Source: Macrostomum lignano
Taxonomy: Eukaryota
Length of the DNA: 64,000 nucleotides
Direction: 5' to 3'
Assembly (NCBI GenBank): GCA_002269645.1
Contig: NIVC01002686.1
Location: 62,001-126,000, forward strand
Each line of letters begins with the position of its first letter. The first letter of the stretch is position 1. A program made the translations under genes and the position numbers. This document shows, in pieces, positions 58,725 to 64,000 of this stretch. Below the pieces are notes generated by a model that saw only the letters and a program-made list of their open reading frames with translations, ran no database searches and was not told the origin of the DNA.

Positions 58725-59958
58725 CACTGAGTCAGATATTGCCTGACAATTATCTACCACTGACGGTCAGATATTGCTGACAATTATCTGACGGTCAGAT
58801 ATTGCCTGACAATTAGCTACCACTGACGGTCAGATATTGCTGACAATTATCTACCACTGACAGTCAGACATTGCTGACAATTAGCTACCACTGACGGTCA
58901 GATATTGCTGACAATTATCTGACGGTCAGATATTGCCTGACAATTAGCTACCACTGACGGTCAGATATTGCTGACAATTATCTACCACTGACAGTCAGAC
59001 ATTGCTGACAATTAGCTACCACTGACGGTCAGATATTGCTGACAATTATCTGACGGTCAGATATTGCCTGACAATTAGCTACCACTGACGGTCAGATATT
59101 GCTGACAATTATCTGACGGTCAGATATTGCCTGACAATTAGCTACCACTGACGGTCAGATATTGCTGACAATTATCTGACGGTCAGATATTGCCTGACAA
59201 TTAGCTACCACTGACGGTCAGATATTGCTGACAATTATCTGACGGTCAGATATTGCCTGACAATTAGCTACCACTGACAGTCAGACATTGATGACAATTA
59301 GCTACCCCTGACAGTCAGACATTGCTGACAATTAGCTACCACTGACAGTCAGACATTGCTGACAATTAGCTACCACTGACGGTCAGATATTGCTGACAAT
59401 TATCTGACGGTCAGATATTGCCTGACAATTAGCTACCACTGACGGTCAGATATTGCTGACAATTATCTGACGGTCAGATATTGCCTGACAATTAGCTACC
59501 ACTGACGGTCAGATATTGCTGACAATTATCTGACGGTCAGATATTGCCTGACAATTAGCTACCACTGACGGTCAGATATTGCTGACAATTATCTGACGGT
59601 CAGATATTGCCTGACAATTAGCTACCACTGACGGTCAGATATTGCTGACAATTATCTGACGGTCAGATATTGCCTGACAATTAGCTACCACTGACAGTCA
59701 GACATTGATGACAATTAGCTACCCCTGACAGTCAGACATTGCTGACAATTAGCTACCACTGACAGTCAGACATTGATGACAATTAGCTACCCCTGACAGT
59801 CAGACATTGCTGACAATTAGCTACCACTGACAGTCAGACATTGATGACAATTAGCTACCCCTGACAGTCAGACATTGCTGACAATTAGCTACCACTGACG
59901 GTCAGACATTGCCTGACAATTAGCTACCACTGACAGTCAGACATTGCTGACAATTAGC
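58725..59958. repeat. Compound minisatellite (CTGACAATTAGCTACCACTGACGGTCAGATATTG and shorter variants)
   Basis: Alternating long and short sub-units. Confidence 0.95.
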
Positions 59959-60250
59959 TTAATTAAATAGATATCCCTACAATTTAATTGACATAAACAG
60001 CTAAACATGACTGAAGTGATGGTGCTATTATAGAAAGTAAACTTCACTTACGCCAAACTGCATGGATTTCAATGAGCAGGACGATTAGCAAAATTTCAAA
60101 TGCCATAAACAAATGTATACAGTATTGGAAAATTACTTAAGGCACACAAGCTGACTAGCTGGAGCAGGCTTTAACCACTTTTCAACTCGTGCTATTTTGA
60201 CGACGACGACGACGACGACGAAGTCGATTTGTCGTTCGACCAATTATTTG

Positions 60251-60385
60251 ACTGTCTGTCAGTGGTAGCTAATTGTCAGCAATGTCTGACTGTCAGGGGT
60301 AGCTAATTGTCATCAATGTCTGACTGTCAGGAGTAGCTAATTGTCATCAATGTCTGACTGTCAGTGGTAGCTAATTGTCAGCGAC
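60251..60385 (-). repeat. Inverted copies of the 58.7-60.0 kb repeat
   Basis: CTGTCAGTGGTAGCTAATTGTCAGCAATGTCTGA is the reverse complement of the preceding unit. Confidence 0.9.
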
Positions 60386-60977
60386 AAACATGGCGCGACA
60401 CAAACGCACTTGCGGTGAAACCTGACGCTGTCCACTCCACGCCGCAAGGCGATAAACGGAGAAGAAGAAGAAGAAGAAGACCAATTATTTATGGATATGA
60501 AGCCAGCTAAAGATGCGACAAGAGTCAATAACGATGACACACCTACGAGACCGCTTGGTAATAATACTGACGGCTGAAGATCTACAACGACATCTGGACG
60601 ACATATAAAGGCATCTTGTTCCCAGGCTCGACTTATGGCTGAGACTCCTCAGTGATGGCACTATACCTAGAACTGTTTTGTCTCTGGTTGTCTCCAGCTC
60701 TCAACAGATTGACGTTCGCGTTGAACCTCTTGGATCGACAGGTCAGGAAACTGTACCACCTGCTAAGAAAAACAAACAACTGTCGACAAGGTGGAGATTG
60801 TCGGTGAGAGGGTTGTGGTGTTGTTCAAGTGATTGTAGTAAAAAATTCGATGAACCTTGCTTGAAGCTAATTGATAAAACTGTTATTTGCTATTTTGTAC
60901 GAGCTATTGAATACATGTTTGCCTTCTGAAGACACTTGCTTTACGCTTCTTACGGACCATTGCATGATATATGCCAA

Positions 60978-61734
60978 CAAGCCCATTATCTATATAATGG
61001 TCCTGACAGCAAGCCCATTTTCCAGATAATGGTCCAGTGATACTTGAGTGTGGCCATAGACAAGCCCATTATCTATATAATGGTCCTGACAGCAAGCCCA
61101 TTTTCCAGATAATGGTCCAGTGATACTTGAGTGTGGCCATAGACAAGCCCATTATCTATATAATGGTCCTGACAGCAAGCCCATTTTCTAGATAAGGGTC
61201 CAGTGATACTTGAGTGTGGCCATAGACAAGCCCATTATCTATATATTGGTCCTGACAGCAAGCCCATTTTCTAGATAAGGGTCCAGTGATACTTGAGTGT
61301 GGCCATAGACAAGCCCATTATCTATATATTGGTCCTGACAGCAAGCCCATTTTCTAGATAAGGGTCCAGTGATACTTGAGTGTGGCCATAGACAAGCCCA
61401 TTATCTATATATTGGTCCTGACAGCAAGCCCATTTTCTAGATAAGGGTCCAGTGATACTTGAGTGTGGCCATAGACAAGCCCATTATCTATATATTGGTC
61501 CTGACAGCAAGCCCATTTTCTAGATAAGGGTCCAGTGATACTTGAGTGTGGCCATAGACAAGCCCATTATCTATATAATGGTCCTGACAGCAAGCCCATT
61601 TTCCAGATAATGGTCCAGTGATACTTGAGTGTGGCCATAGACAAGCCCATTATCTATATAATGGTCCTGACAGCAAGCCCATTTTCTAGATAAGGGTCCA
61701 GTGATACTTGAGTGTGGCCATAGACAAGCCCATT
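60978..61734. repeat. 83-bp tandem repeat (about 9 copies) with two internal CAAGCCCATT sub-repeats
   Basis: Period 83 (60978 to 61061). Confidence 0.95.
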
Positions 61735-62481
61735 CCCGAAAAATGAGCGGACCATTATACGAGCCTTTTTGGCGTAAGTGGAGTTTGAAGTCTTGGAGTT
61801 TTAGAGTGGAATACAGAACATGGTGTTGCGCCTGCGGTACTCAGGCAAATCCTAAAATTCCACATGGCCATTCAGAAGCCATTTGACTTGCTTCGAATGC
61901 ACTTGGGAAACCAAATTATTTTCCATAATCCCCCCAGCGACTAGGGCCTGATTTATAATAAGCCCCACATCGCGTGTCGAACAATTTCTTTCGCAGGAAA
62001 GTTAATTAAAATAAAACTTCTAATTAGCCTAATCACGATATTTTCAGTTGTGCAGCTAATTACTCTAGGTTTAAACGTAAAATGAACTTGCAATTTATAA
62101 GTTTCGTATGCGTTAAGTTACCAAACCAAGCTGATAAAAAATTCCATTAAATAAATCAATTTGAAATTCTCTACTTTATTCGTCTTTTAATCGGAGAGCA
62201 GAGCCTTCAACAGCTGGCTTGGCCTGCAGTAAGTCTGTGGGAGACTGCAGCTTGGATTGACTTTATTGTCTATGGCGAGTGCAGTGTCATCGGCTAGGGA
62301 GCAATACAAGAATTATTATTATTTTTTTTAGTATGTAATTATGCTTAGCTAACAGGTAACAAGGACAACGAGAGCGGTGTGTAAGGTTCAGTTTACGCAA
62401 CCAATCAACAAGCTTAATGACTGTGCGATTACACGGCTTGTATGCAAATTTTTCTGTAACTCCTGACATCAATTGTGAAAA

Positions 62482-63508
62482 GGTGAAAGGGTCAGAGGGT
62501 GAAAGGGCCAGAGGGTGAAAGGGCCAGAGGGTGAAAGGGTCAGAGGGTGAAAGGGTCAGAGGGTGAAAGCGTCAGAGGGTGAAAGGGTCAGAGGGTGAAA
62601 GGGTCAGAGGGTGAAAGCGTCAGAGGGTGAAAGGGTCAGAGGGTGAAAGGGCCAGAGGGTGAAAGGGCCAGAGGGTGAAAGGGCCAGAGGGTGAAAGGGC
62701 CAGAGGGTGAAAGGGCCAGAGGGTGAAAGGGCCAGAGGGTGAAAGGGTCAGAGGGTGAAAGGGTCAGAGGGTGAAAGGGTCAGAGGGTGAAAGGGTCAGA
62801 GGGTGAAAGGGTCAGAGGGTGAAAGGGTCAGAGGGTGAAAGGGTCAGAGGGTGAAAGGGCCAGAGGGTGAAAGGGTCAGAGGGTGAAAGGGTCAGAGGGT
62901 GAAAGGGTCAGAGGGTGAAAGGGTCAGAGGGTGAAAGGGTCAGAGGGTGAAAGGGTCAGAGGGTGAAAGGGTCAGAGGGTGAAAGCGTCAGAGGGTGAAA
63001 GGGTCAGAGGGTGAAAGGGTCAGAGGGTGAAAGGGTCAGAGGGTGAAAGGGTCAGAGGGTGAAAGGGTCAGAGGGTGAAAGGGTCAGAGGGTGAAAGGGT
63101 CAGAGGGTGAAAGGGTCAGAGGGTGAAAGGGTCAGAGGGTGAAAGGGTCAGAGGGTGAAAGGGTCAGAGGGTGAAAGGGTCAGAGGGTGAAAGGGTCAGA
63201 GGGTGAAAGGGTCAGAGGGTGAAAGGGTCAGAGGGTGAAAGGGTCAGAGGGTGAAAGGGTCAGAGGGTGAAAGGGTCAGAGGGTGAAAGGGTCAGAGGGT
63301 GAAAGGGTCAGAGGGTGAAAGGGTCAGAGGGTGAAAGGGTCAGAGGGTGAAAGGGTCAGAGGGTGAAAGGGTCAGAGGGTGAAAGGGTCAGAGGGTGAAA
63401 GGGTCAGAGGGTGAAAGGGTCAGAGGGTGAAAGGGTCAGAGGGTGAAAGGGTCAGAGGGTGAAAGGGTCAGAGGGTGAAAGGGTCAGAGGGTGAAAGGGT
63501 CAGAGGGT
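62482..63508 (+). repeat. 16-bp G-tract repeat (GGGTGAAAGGGTCAGA), about 64 copies
   Basis: Near-perfect tandem array. Confidence 0.97.
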
Positions 63509-63836
63509 ACAAGAGCTAGCTAGATGGTGAGAGGTTAGGAGAGGGCGGAGGGCACAATAAAATCGAAGCAGTTCAAGGAGGGAAAAGGCAGAGAAAAATG
63601 ACCAGAGGCAGCTCAGAGATGTGCAGTGCAGATATCAGGCAACAAAGTGACTAACTAAACTTGGAACAGTAAACCGAGTGGGGTACAGGAAAAGTTATAA
63701 AAGCAACAATGTGGAGTAAAACAACTGATATCACCAACAAGTGCTAACAGAGTGCTAACAAAGAGACACTACAGACAGTTGCTAGACTATTAAGTCTGTC
63801 AGGCCGTATATTCTCAGCTGAAACCTGGGGCCCTTC

Positions 63837-64000
63837 TCAAAGCCGGTTCTGCTGCTGTTGCTGCTTGGCCACCCCGACAGCCTCCATGGAGATCCCGGAC
63901 TGGCCGACCTTCCCGGTGGCATTCATGGTGGCCAGGCCCAGGATCTGGCGCACCTCCCGCTTGAACTTCGGATTTGTCACCACGTAGATAAAGAAATTGC
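63837..64000 (-). CDS. 3' end of a rhodopsin-family GPCR (TM7, helix 8, tail); truncated by the window edge
   Basis: Minus strand reads NFFIYVVTNPKFKREVRQILG...QQQQQNRL*; NxxIY followed by F(K/R) helix-8 pattern. Confidence 0.8.
   Translation of the reverse strand, partial: NFFIYVVTNPKFKREVRQILGLATMNATGKVGQSGISMEAVGVAKQQQQQNRL

Noticed and set aside
60388-60929. Fragmented ORFs with a Cys-containing tail, next to TTAA-CCAC at about 60173, possibly a transposase relic
   Set aside because: Multiple stops, no catalytic motif and no matching right end.
60978-61734. Repeat arrays as CRISPR (especially the 83-bp array with internal sub-repeats)
   Set aside because: The intervening segments are identical rather than unique spacers; no cas genes; eukaryotic context.

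Overview
Eukaryotic (animal) genomic DNA with spliced genes, minisatellite-filled introns and dense transposon content. The style suggests an invertebrate such as a macrostomid flatworm; this is inference and cannot be confirmed here. Contents in order: (1) a head-to-tail tandem Ty3/Gypsy (Mag-type) retrotransposon, LTR-gagpol-LTR-gagpol-LTR (5769-14576), inserted in a minisatellite, with three perfect heat-shock elements in each LTR; (2) an SHB/SHD/SHF-like SH2 adaptor gene on the minus strand; (3) an intergenic block (about 18.0-36.6 kb) whose host DNA is almost free of CpG, holding a foldback MITE, a young intact Ty3/Gypsy element (22681-31390; GTAT TSD, gag, -1 frameshifted pol, and an extra non-env ORF3) and a decayed piggyBac; (4) a predicted 4-exon orphan gene with a possible C-terminal TIR/SEFIR-like fold; (5) PRDX5, an ADAP/centaurin-alpha gene and ABHD11 on the plus strand; (6) the 3' end of a rhodopsin-type GPCR on the minus strand. 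About 20 distinct minisatellite arrays explain most of the repetitive ORFs in the track. No CRISPR, rRNA or tRNA genes were seen.
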